A DNA stretch of 59,716 bases from the NCBI RefSeq assembly GCF_002113885.1, contig NW_018406583.1, positions 11,103-70,818 of the forward strand, written 5' to 3'. Both the position numbers and the translations under genes were made by a program. This stretch comes from Mizuhopecten yessoensis (Eukaryota). Positions 39,961 through 51,411 of this stretch are shown piece after piece. Numbering within the stretch: position 1 is the stretch's first letter; the number at the start of each line of letters is the position of its first letter. Under the pieces are notes generated by a model. That model saw only the letters and a list, made by a program, of their open reading frames with translations, was not told the origin of the DNA and did no database searches.

Positions 39961-40938
39961 TTCTTGAGGATTGACACTGTGGTACTAAGTTTTTTTTCTA
40001 TATTTCACTTTGCTTTTCAAATGTTTCAAATACTGTTTTCCTTTGAATTTCAACATTTCTTCATGCTAATTAGTAACCTTTTTAATAGTTGAACAAACGC
40101 AATAGTAGCAACGAATTGATGTTATGATGATTTCAATTTAAGTAGAAATAGCGATAAATTTTAAATCAAAAAGTCCAAAAACGATTACTTACAAGTCGAA
40201 CATTCTATAATTACAATCTCAAATACTAAAACTTTGTGGCAAATTGATACATAAGTACTTCATAAAGCTGCACAACAATTATAAATACGAATATATTTAT
40301 TTTCCTCGATATTGATAAAATATACATTGAGCCACAAACAAAACATTAAAGCATATGCTCACGAAAATACCCAGAAAAATTCTGCGCGAATCCAGTCATT
40401 CAGGGCAAATGTATTAAAATGGCTAATCATATTCACATTTATTACCTTTTCCATCGAAACGTATTGCTCTTCACGATATGTATACATTAGCGTATTCACT
40501 GCAACGACCACATGAAACTCTCTAATGAAAACATTTTATTGTATTATGTTGGAAAAAAGTCAAAGTTCCGGATAGCCAAAAAGCAGCATCAGATTAATGA
40601 AAACATAAACAAACAACTCCGGTCCAACAGGTCAAACAGTTTGGATAACGATGAACGGAAACGGCTCAACTGTCCGTACCGAGTTGAGAATTAGAAAAGT
40701 GCCAGTCAATTCCTGCATGGTTTTACCAATAATATATGAAACATATACAGCGGCGTAACTAGTCCTTGTTCGGAGTGGAATCATTTAGGAGCGGGTCTAG
40801 GGCAGGGCCTTACTATGGAGACAAGGGGGTGCAACAAGCAGTTTTGCTTCATTTTTTCTTCTCTTTGAAAATTTAGTACTAAAGTACATTAATTTGCGTA
40901 CCAGCGTATATGCAGTTAAACGTCTGATAAACCACTTT

Positions 40939-41293
40939 CTCGATACTCCAGAGTTTAGCTCACTTTCGCTCTCTGCACCCCTTAAATATGGTATTACAAA
41001 AATGAAGGCACGCAGCTAGTTGTTTGATTGATTTCGGGTAAAATAAAACCTGACCTATCAAGCAGCGGATACGTGTCCTTTCAATATTAGAGAGGAGCTA
41101 TAACCGACTTCAAAGCCGGTCAATTTTAGCGTTAGGCACAGGGAGATTTCTTTTGGTGTTCATCAAAAAATCAAACTAGTCCTTCTGTCCCATCCCCAAG
41201 GTGGTGCACACTAAGCCCTCGATTTTGCTATGGCATACTCAAGGGGTGTAGCGAACGTAAGTTAGCTCAAGCCCTGGAGTACGTATCGAGGAT
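40939..41293. mobile_element. MITE family C
   Basis: TCTCGATACTCCAGAGTTTAGCTCACTTTCGCTCTCTGCACCCC at the left and GGGGTGTAGCGAACGTAAGTTAGCTC...GTATCGAGGAT at the right. Confidence 0.7.
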
Positions 41294-41335
41294 AGGAATA
41301 CCATGATCTGTTATATAGGTATCAAATAGATGTAT

Positions 41336-43459
41336 CTAGGACAGACGCCATCCTGAGAACATTGCCTTGCCATAAACACTACTACTATGTATGATTCCAC
41401 TAAATTTAGACCGGATAAACACGTGATCTCCTACACTGACTGACGTCACAATCACACCGGTGGTACTATCCCAAGCATGCCCTGTTTCCGCATCAGAGAA
41501 TATGGAACCCTGGGACAACCCGTTAATGACAAGTTCCGTCACAACGTTGTCTGTCGTGGTTCCAGTGGTCAGCCAGGTGAATACGTACACCCCACTGACC
41601 GGAACTGTGTATACACCATCTCCTGCATGATAGTGATCATCCATGTCCAGTAGGACTTCATCGAATGCTATCACTAGATTGGGATGTAAATTCAAATCTC
41701 TTCCACTCAAAGAAACGCTGAATGCTCCTGCTCCATTAGGCGCAACTCTGACTGCAATAACAAAACAAAAACAGTTTATTAAGCGATTGTTATATATGCC
41801 GTAATATGTTGTGACTCCCTTTAAACCACATTGTAGGTTTATGCTTACTTTCCTGGAATATGTCATAGCAAAATCGAAATCTCAGTGTGCACCACCTTGT
41901 GGGTGGGACAGAAGAACTTGTTTGATCCTTTGATGTACATCAATAATAAATTATTGATGGGCAGCTAATATTTTGGATAATAAAATAATGTGAATGTAAA
42001 AATATAAATAAATTAATGTATGCTATAGTATAATGTGGTGTTGTAGCTTACCAGATCGTGAGGGCTGTTCATCCTTACACTTCCTTAATGGTTTCGTTTT
42101 AGATGTTGCGTTGATGCCATCTTTGGGATTCTCTTCAGGCCAATTGGAATCGGAGACACGGTCGGGAAACTCAGTGAGACGTTTGTCCGTCCAATCTTGG
42201 GATTGTTTTGATACTGATTTCAGCTCTCGCTCCAGCTGGTCAATACGGATTTCTTTTCGCTTCAGATCCTCCTCGTTGCTCCTGACCGTCATCTCCAGCA
42301 GCTGTAACCTGTTGTCCTGACGTTCTATCCTTTCCAATAACGATTCCACCAGACGTCTAAGCGATTCCTCTGTGGACACTTCTCTGCAACGATTATTCAT
42401 TACGATTCGTTCACTTCATCCAGAGAATATGTTATAGCAAAATCGAAGGCTAAGTGTTTGCCACCTTATGAATGAGACAAGAAGACTAGTTTGATATTTT
42501 GGTGTACATCAAAAACATATCGTGACATTGACTAGATTTGAAGACAGGTGTCGCTCCTCTCTAATCTAATCAAAGGATAGCTATCAATGGGCGCAGCGAG
42601 TGTAAGCGAGAGTCATCCCGAGAATTTCGAGGATATACGATCTGTGACACGCCTAAGCGGCTTATGACTGTTATTAAATACTAAAATGAGACATAAAGGC
42701 ATATCAGCAACTTGCTTTATAGAAATTTTTAGCAACACCCGACCTCGATACTCCCGGGGTTAAGCTCACTTTCGCTCTCTGTACCCCTGTAATATGTCAT
42801 AGCAAAATTGAAGGGTTAGATGCACCCTCTTGTGGATGACTTTGAAGTCGGGTGACGCTTCTCTGTAAATCTTCAAAGATATAATCATCCTAAGGGATCG
42901 GATTTTTTTTTTTTACCCAAGACCAATGAAATAGCTTGCCGCGTGCCTTCGTTTTTGCTATAACATATTCCATGGGCACAGAGTGCTAAAGTGAGCGTAA
43001 CCCCTGGAGAATCGCGGATGAGAAATATCAAGCATATATGGAACTTATCATATTCCTCATTGGCTTTTTTATGACAGTAACCTACACGTAACTTTTTAGA
43101 AATTCATGTCATCAATTAATCAGACGTTTGATGACAATGTTCTGCAATAAGGTTTAGACGTTTTAAAAGCTCACCTACTCATGATATCTTGCCATGAAAC
43201 TATACTTACTCTTTGTGTGTCTCTTGAAATAACTTGGGTGTAGTTGTTATTTTTGTGTACATGAATTGCATTTAGTATTACTATATATTTTTACTGTTGT
43301 TCTAACTAAGTTTTGTATGGAATACACCAGCATATCTTACCTATGGTCAATGTTCACGTCAGATGGACTAACGTCCGGGCGAGAATTTTCGGTCGGACTC
43401 TCCTTAGCCGTGCCATGGACCACAAAACTCAGGACGAGGGCGAGACGCAGCCAGTACAT
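41336..43459 (-). CDS. Secreted C1q-domain-containing protein (signal peptide, coiled coil, gC1q), paralogue A, 288 aa
   Basis: Exons 43459-43341 (MYWLRLALVLSFVVHGTAKE...), 42383-42052 (heptad-rich LRRLVESLLERIERQDNRLQLLE), 41751-41336 (AFSVSLS...FDEVLLD...GVYTVPVSGVYVFTW...VSVGDHVFIR...MFSGWRL). Intron phases 2 and 1; 867 nt. Confidence 0.93.
42743..43019. mobile_element. MITE family C in intron 1 of C1qDC-A (further fragments at about 41850-41940 and 42400-42635)
   Basis: CCTCGATACTCCCGGGGTTAAGCTCACTTTCGCTCTCTGTACCCC at the left and GGGCACAGAGTGCTAAAGTGAGCGTAACCCCTGGAGAATCGCGGAT at the right. Confidence 0.75.
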
Positions 43460-43545
43460 TATGTACTACAGAAGTGTCGATAACGGGCCGATTTATTTAT
43501 CAATTACTTTGAAATTATTGCCTTTAGAAACAATCTAGCACTGAG

Positions 43546-43556
43546 CTGATAAGAAA
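43546..43556. promoter_or_regulatory. GATA motif CTGATAAGAAA upstream of C1qDC-A
   Basis: The same 11-mer is at 47002-47012, upstream of C1qDC-B. Confidence 0.45.
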
Positions 43557-45033
43557 CGGTGGTCTGGACGTCACGAGTCTGGTTCGTTGATAGTTGACCG
43601 TACTAACACATGGCAACGATTGTAGTAAATATAGTACCGTACACGTATAAAAGGTCATTTACGCAAGCTTAAATTTTCGCGATTCTGACCCTCAGTTAGA
43701 AAATTACACGGATTACAATTTCGCGGTCTAGACAGGAACTAAATTTTCGCGATGTTTTAGCAAAGCATTACAGTAAGAATGTGGAATTTGTTAATCAAAT
43801 CTTCAACCAAACTAAAAGATGAGCGATACAACCTATTTTCAAACATCTTGCATTACTTTTGATGTATATGGTTTGCTACAACCACATCCTCGTTATTTCA
43901 TGACGACATAACGGTTACGAAATTGATTATTGCGTCTCATGTTTACGCTTGTCATTTTATTCTGCGGATCATATATATGTTCGCAATCACGTTGTCGTTA
44001 TCAACCCTCGAAATCGCGAAAATATCATCCCTGTGGAAATATTTCGCTATACGGTGGTTAATCATTTTCACCAAAAACCTTGCTTGTGTACCATATAAAA
44101 TAAAGATAAAAGTGTTTTTTTATTGCTTCGGATTTTGATAAAAGGACCTTGTATACTATTTATGTCTTTTTTAATGCCTTTGTACTTTTGGATTATTCTG
44201 ACTTCAAATAATATGTGGAGCATAAGTCGCTACAACTACTTGGTGCAGGATGAGTTGTCATTAAATATGTATATATGAGAATAACATTATCATCTAAATA
44301 TTGTATTTATTGAAAACAAGTTCAAAACTCGCGCAGTTGAGCCACGAAGTAAGGCAACACTTTTGCGATAAAGAAAACCAAATAAAATAATGGAAATGCT
44401 AGTCTTGTTAATTGTTTGATGCCAATCAAACGTTCCATTTCAAATACTTTATAAAAGAAATAATCCCTATATATCACCATCGCATAAGAAATCAAAGACA
44501 ACCTTTTTTTCATCAGATAGAACAGATGCCGTATGAACTTAAAAGTGGCACCATGGCGCGCGCTGATTCTAGAACACTTTACCCATTATCTGTTGCCAAA
44601 ATAATTAAGACATACGTTTTTTCCGTCTTCCTGTTATGAGTGCAAATGGTGGAAACTATCTAGGACAAAAACAATTATTTATTGTGCCATCTATCTAAGA
44701 GTTCTGTGATAGAAGTAGGACCGTTATGGCTAACTCCTTAATTGAATGGACATTTATCGAAGCGTACATTGATATAAGAAAAGTTAATTTTATAGAACGA
44801 ACAGTTAACTATGCGTTATTTCGAAAAACATCATATGTTACATGATTTTTTTCAATTGGGTTGTATTTGTGATATTGTGGAAATACCATAGTTTACAGGT
44901 ACATTTAGGTTTGGTAAAATTATAAATGTATCACCCTTGTCACAGACAATGTATTTTTGTAGATATGTCTATACAATTAAACTTTTATGAAATACAAACT
45001 CTATTCATTATACAACAATTACAAAACAAATTA

Positions 45034-45225
45034 TTTCTAGTTATATTAATTACTCTTGTTGGCCCGGATGTTAGCGCGCGGATGATTTCCATGTGGAAGG
45101 AAACCGGAGTTCCCGGAGAAAACCAACGTGATCGGGCAGGTCACCCAAAACCTTCTCACGTCCGATCTGGGAATCGAAACCCGGCCGCCTTGGTGAAAGG
45201 CGAGTGCGCTATCCACTGCGCCAAA
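45034..45225 (-). mobile_element. tRNA-derived V-type SINE (family 2)
   Basis: Minus strand reads TGGCGCAGTGGATAGCGCACTCGCCTTTCACCAAGGCGGCCGGGTTTCGATTCCC followed by V-domain-like GGTTTTCTCCGGGAACTCCGGTTTCCTTCCAC. Second copy at 58404-58601. Confidence 0.8.
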
Positions 45226-45427
45226 TGGAAATCAACATTTATTAACCTGATACTTGTATATATGTTCTTGTAAAATTAGGAAATAAAGAAATAAAAATAT
45301 CAACATTGCATTTAACAGAGAAAGTGATATTTCTATTATTTTAAGGAGAAATATAACAGGAAGGAATTGCATTTCTGAACCTATATCCTCTCAGAAATAC
45401 CATATATCTCGACTAGTGCTACTGCAT

Positions 45428-46939
45428 CTACGATAATCGCCATCCCGAGAACATCGCATTGCTGTAGATGTTGTCACTGTGTAAGTTGCCTGAGTATTTA
45501 GACCTGATAAACACGTGATCTCCAACACTGGCTGACGTCACAATCAAACCGGTGCTACTATCCCAATGAGCGGCATCCGGGTCAGAAAAAATTCTACCCC
45601 GCGGTGAGCCGTTAATTACCAGCTCTGTAACAACGTTAGCTGTTGATTCTCCTGTCGTAATCCAGGTGAATACATACACACCGCTAACCGGAACAATGTA
45701 TACTCCATCTGCCTTGTTGTAGTTACCTCCGATGTCCAGGAGAACTTCGTCAAACGTCAAAACAAAATTAGGATGTAAATCCTGATTCTTGCTTAAGGAA
45801 ACGCTAAAGGCTCCAACTTCTCCGGAGTTAGCTGGTGACACCCTAGCTGTAATTATAAAATAAGAAGTTTATTGCGTATCACGAGTTTAACTAGGAACAT
45901 ACATCTTCTGTGTAAATCTGTTATCGTGGATTCTTTAAATATTTTACTTATTTAATATGTTCAGCGAAGTGTCAATTGACTTATGCAATAGTGACCGGCC
46001 GGATGACTGAACATGATTCACACACCATACAATCGAGACCATTGAAGGTCATGTTGTCACTCACCGGACCTTCGAGGTTGCTCATCTTTTGTTTTCTGTC
46101 TAGATGTGATACCATTGATTTTACTCTTGGTCTGTTCTAGGGGTGAATCGGGATTGATGTCGTGGTCTTGAGCCTCGGACTGCTGACGTTCATCCACAGG
46201 AGGCTGGATTTGATATGACGCTGTTTTTATTTCATCAAGTTCTCGTTCCAGATGACCTATTCGGATGTCCTTACGCTTCAAATCCTCTATGTTTTCCTCG
46301 ATAGTCTTCTCCATCTGTTGTAGTCTTATCTCCTGAAGTTCGACCCGCTCCATCAAAGATTCCACAAAGTGTCTCAGCGGCGCGTTCGATGACGCTGTCC
46401 TACAACAAACACTTGTCATAATGCAGTACAACAATTCCATTGCAAATGCTAGGGCTTCATGTAAAGATGTATGTAACCGAATTGCGTTCATACCGGCATG
46501 AATATTGAAAAATGCCGTTTAATCCCTTAATTTACATTCAAACCTGATCAAAGTTTCTCTGTCACCTCCGAGAAGAGGGTTTTCTGTCATCCCTATGGTA
46601 ATACATATACTCTATTTCCTTCACATCGGTGAGAGGGAATGATCATCCCCGTGGTGAGTGTATACCAAAGAAATTTCATCACTTGGGGTTAGATTTTTGA
46701 GTATCTTAATTGTGCGGCTTGAAGCAAGCCTCGGGTAAGACATTCAAGAATATCACCACTCGGATTAAGATTTCTCTGTCATACCTTCACGGTCTTCACG
46801 ATTAAGGGCGTTAAATTTACCTGTCGCCATTTCTCACATCGGCTTGGCTGGTGTACGTCCCTGCCTTTTCTACCGGACTCTCCTCCGCAGTACCACGGGT
46901 CGCTAAAGTCAGGACGAAGACGAAATACAACCAATCCAT
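45428..46939 (-). CDS. Secreted C1q-domain-containing protein (signal peptide, coiled coil, gC1q), paralogue B, 290 aa
   Basis: Exons 46939-46821 (MDWLYFVFVLTLATRGTAEE...), 46399-46065, 45846-45428 (AFSVSLSKNQDL...GVYIVPVSGVYVFTW...MFSGWRLS). Same phases and exon-1 length (119 nt) as paralogue A; 873 nt. Confidence 0.93.
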
Positions 46940-47001
46940 TCTACACGTTGGTCGTTGACAACTTTGTCGAATTTCAAAAACGATCTACATGTAGCCCCAC
47001 A

Positions 47002-47012
47002 CTGATAAGAAA
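47002..47012. promoter_or_regulatory. GATA motif CTGATAAGAAA upstream of C1qDC-B
   Basis: Shared with the paralogue A upstream region. Confidence 0.45.
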
Positions 47013-47718
47013 TCGCCCACGTGGTTCCTTATAGGGACTGTAGATATGATGTTCTACACTTCCTCATTGTTTATCAAGGTTTCAACCTTCTCGTTACAGT
47101 TAGACTTAAAAGAAGACGGCAGCCCAGTGAGACAACTACGGAAAAAAAAAGGCGGGAGGGAAAAGAACTGATATAAATCTTAGTGGTGTTCCGATTAGTC
47201 GACTAAGTCGAGCATCGGTCAGTTAGGCTAAGTAACTGATAAATCGAGTACAAAATCCATGATCGATTTTAGTCGGAATGCTAATGTGTAGATATTATGG
47301 AGTTTTCAGTAGATATTTTCCCATCTACTATGTAAACTTGATGGCATCATCACTGCATGACTTACTTTTAGCGCATAGCTGCTAATTAGGACTATTTATT
47401 ACAGATTCGGTGTTGGAAGAGAGGTATTTTTTATATCATAATTTCATGGTATCACTTTTTTATTTGCCTAAGTGACTCGCAACAACAGCATGGAGGATTT
47501 CACTATGTATTTTTATAAAACTATTAGTAATCGACCATCGGTTGGTAAATGGTAAACAATGATCGATCATAAAATTTTAACCGATAACCAACATTAATAT
47601 ATCATATAAGTGTGGCGATGGGGACAGCAAATCAGTTTTTACATCCCCAATGTCCTATAAGCTGGAATCAAAAGAAAACCCCCGATTCTGCAGTGAGCAG
47701 TAAACATTAGTCACCTGA

Positions 47719-47902
47719 TATTCCGTCTTTTCGTATTGCAGATTTATCTGATCTTGTGAGTAGGTATTGTGACGTTATCATTTTGTGTGAGAAAATTACG
47801 TCTTTTTCCCAAAAAATGATGACGTTACTCTCACAAACAAATGACATAACAATCAATACATGGTTTCAAGAGCAGATAACTCTGCAATACGAAAAGACGG
47901 AA
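47719..47902. mobile_element. Palindromic MITE (TATTCCGTCTTTTCGTATTGCAG...CTGCAATACGAAAAGACGGAA)
   Basis: Long TIRs. A second copy at 49982-50505 is interrupted by an insertion. Confidence 0.8.
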
Positions 47903-48324
47903 CTATACACTTTCCTGAAACTGCACGTTCCCCTAAGCAACTTTTTAAGGTAAACATACGCGTGATATTGCCAGCATTCAACAACTGTTTTTTTTTTTAT
48001 ATATAAACATCCGGATAATCTTTGCTGGTGTAAATCATTGCGTTTTCAAACCAAAAAGAAAAACTTTCCAATGAAAATATTTAATTTTGAATAATGATTG
48101 AAAATCAATCCTCAATTAATTGAATTAATTATATGGTAAATCACTTAAGAGTGCTACTAGTATAAAGAATATAATTTACTTAAGGAAAACGATATTTCCT
48201 TAATCATAAATAATTTCGAAATATTTTTTGTTCAAACTTTATTTACATTGATTATGAAATTACTTTTATAACTTAAATGCTTTTTAGGACTTTAGATTTT
48301 TTAAATAAAAACCCCAATCATAAC

Positions 48325-48355
48325 CATGGAATTAAAATAGATATTTAAGTCCGTG
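48325..48355. mobile_element. 31-bp TIR-only remnant with near-perfect 7-bp TSD (putative excision footprint)
   Basis: TCATAAC|CATGGAATTAAAATAGATATTTAAGTCCGTG|TCATTAC. Confidence 0.6.
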
Positions 48356-49981
48356 TCATTACAAATGATACCACCTGACATTGTCACAAGACTGAGGTCA
48401 AAGAAGATCGTTCATTGTTCTAAATAGTAATAGAACGTTACCAAAGTTAGACAATATATTCAGAAAGAAGAATTCTATCATGGAGCGGGTTGTGCTGATG
48501 AAGCGGATCTGGACTGGGTCAATCGTCGGCGACCAGGTAGCTCAATATTTGCAGAGTATCTGTCAACGTTGGTGCAATCAAATTCGCTATGCACCCAAAT
48601 TCGCCACCCTGTGACGAAAATGCCATATGACGTCATCACACATCAGATGTGACGTAAATAACGTCACCACAGTTTTTTGCACAGTTAAAGCCTTCAAATA
48701 TTTTGATAAGAAGAGGTATTAGAACGGAAAAGTTATATTATTAATTTAAACAGCTATAAAATATCTTGTACCATACCGAATCGTAAAAATTTGGTCTGTG
48801 CGACGGACATCTTGTCCACTAAACTCATAAATCAGAGGCCTGTTGGTTGTGATTTACTGTTACTGATATCTTAACGGAAATTACAGTTTAATGGTCGACT
48901 GAGCCGTCAATGCAAGTAAATTGTTATTATACAAGTGTATCATTGTAGGCTGACGACCCCATGCGTGTTTACGGAAATGACGCTCGGAAAGATTTGATAA
49001 CTCATTTTCCATTTTCCTGCATTGTGTATTTACAATCAACCAGCATCTTTTTAAAGGTATTGTTTGTGTTTAACATTCAACCATCTTACAACCGTGACAC
49101 TTTAATTACAATACCATCTAAAAAAAAGATTTATATCTGAAAAGAATCCGTTGTCGGCCTGAAAGTACTGCTGTACAATGCAATCGTATGATGATTGTAC
49201 GTAGAGACTGACAATTACCAAAGACTGATTTTTACATGAAAAAGTAAGTACATTTACAACACCTGAAGCAGTCTCTGTAGAATAAGTTTTCAAGCCCAAA
49301 CAATCGTTTTAATTTGTCAGATGTTTCCCGTTGGCGCAAGACGATCAGATATGCACATGAGACAAATTACTCCAAAGGTCAGAGAGGAAAGGTTACCGTT
49401 GAAAGCCCTTGACCCTCTCATCCGGACCCGATGAAAAATGTAATTTTGGGCACCGATTTGGCGGAAGTTTATATTTGTTCAGGACTGAGTCTTCATTGTG
49501 ATTAACCTGTATACAGCTTTAAATGGTGGACAGCCAATGAACTGGATAAATTGACAAGGAATTAATTGTCTTGAAATCACACAAGGTGACCTTGATCAGG
49601 TACAGCCAATGGGAATCCAATGTGACCACAGGTAAATGGGTAATGCATTCATCTCAGCCGATCCCACCCATCTTACCTAAATAGCATTAATCAGTTTCCC
49701 CAAGTTACCGAAAAATAACTTATTACAAGTAAGAAAGGCAATTTATTTCAGTGTCTATCATTGTTACACACACATATTTTGAATTGTTCATATCAGTACG
49801 ACTTATGTAACATCAACCGCATACACAATTTTACATTTAAACATATACCTTACTTGGAAACTAGTGAAATGTTTGAAGTTGGCGAAACTGCCTGCGCATT
49901 TGAGCGAAACCACGGAAGTCCTGATGACGTCACATATACTGCTACGTGACGTCATTCAGGCGTGTTTACAACAATGTTTAT

Positions 49982-50505
49982 CTATTCCGTCTTTGCGTAT
50001 TGCAGAGTTATCTTCTCTTGAGAGCAGGTATGGACTAATAGAATCTCTCACCCCTTGGGGGTGAGATAGGGGAATCTTTCCCCGAGGGTTGAGATTCCTC
50101 TATCTTATCCACAAAGGAGTGAATGATTCTTTTTCTCTTACCCTGTTCTCCCAATGTGTATCATAGACACAATGTAATGATAACGTTACATGCTAAATTC
50201 AGGGTTGACGTGACGTTGATGGATTGTTGACGTGACGTCATTGTATTGTTGAAGTGACGTCATACCATTGTTATGAATAGGGGAATCCCCCCGTCTCAAC
50301 CCTAGGGTGAGACAAGGAAATCTCACACCGGTAAACGTGCGGATACACCTGTCCAGGGTAAGAGAATGTTACGTCACTTGGTTCGAGTAAGAAAATTACG
50401 TCGTTTTCTCAAAAAATGATGACGTTACTCTCACAAACAAATGACGTAACAATCAATACCTGCTCTCAAGAGAAGATAACTTTGCAATACGCAAAGACGG
50501 AATAG
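49982..50505. mobile_element. Palindromic MITE carrying a nested ~330-bp element (about 50035-50367)
   Basis: Ends match 47719-47902. The extra internal block GAATCTCTCACCCC...GGGTAAGAGAAT has its own inverted repeats. Confidence 0.75.
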
Positions 50506-51289
50506 GCATTTCAGTCAAATCTTCTTCTGTACAGGTGCACGTTGGCATTTTGATAAATGCTTATTTGGACGAATTATGAAGTTAAACCCTCACTCAGTAA
50601 TGTGACGAATTTGTCTGCACTTACGTTAGAGTTCGGAGGTTTCCCGAGTTCGAACCTAGCCCGGTCTGGCTGTTGTAATGGCATTTTCCCTTTTTCTCCT
50701 CAGTGTTACACCACGGACTTATAGATAACATATACTGTACACTGAAACTTGATTGAATAGTGCATATCAGTACACAATTTTAGTTGAGCGTATTAAGAGC
50801 CCAACATGACCGATTAATACATGTTCTGACCAGTATTAAAGTAATAATATTGCCACGGTGTACAATCAATCTGTTAAATCATGGGATATCCTAGGTTAAA
50901 GCTTAGTCAAACAGATACATTGTAATTATAGTGCTCCAAAATTTGTGATATTAACTTTGATGTGATAAGCTAAATACTGTGATAAATCTGTGATTATTAT
51001 GCAATTGAAATCTGTGATCATATGTGATATTTGTACCTGTCGAATAAATATTATTATTAATTCATTTGTTATTTGATTCACGTGATATTTCAGATCCCTT
51101 TGGTCTTTTTTTCTTTCGACAATTCTGCAATTTGTTATCTTTTTACAATGTTTCCATATGAAACTTTGTTGCTTATATTGAAATGACCCATCCCTACAAG
51201 CAATCGGGGTACATGCAACGTTTCATTTAAATATGTTATTCCTCTTTATTTTAAGATCGGATATTTCGTAAATTCGATTAACTCTACAG

Positions 51290-51335
51290 TTTCCGGTTTC
51301 GTTTGCGCCAAAACGAGGACAAACGGATGTACACT
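51290..51335. promoter_or_regulatory. Candidate PSMD1 proximal promoter with ETS-like (TTCCGG, CGGATGT) and E2F-like (TTTGGCGC on minus) sites
   Basis: CpG-richer patch 80-120 bp upstream of the ATG: TTCCGGTTTCGTTTGCGCCAAAACGAGGACAAACGGATGT. Confidence 0.4.
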
Positions 51336-51411
51336 AAACCGGCGTGAGATCCGAAGTTGTCAAGTCATTGGGATCATAATACAACATCTCAGCTGAATTT
51401 AAGCCATAAAA

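Noticed and set aside
48499-50710. One tRNA-containing LTR split by a 2-kb insertion
   Set aside because: The 5' and 3' halves are in the right order and orientation, but the flanks (CTGA vs CCAC) give no TSD, so they cannot be shown to be one element.
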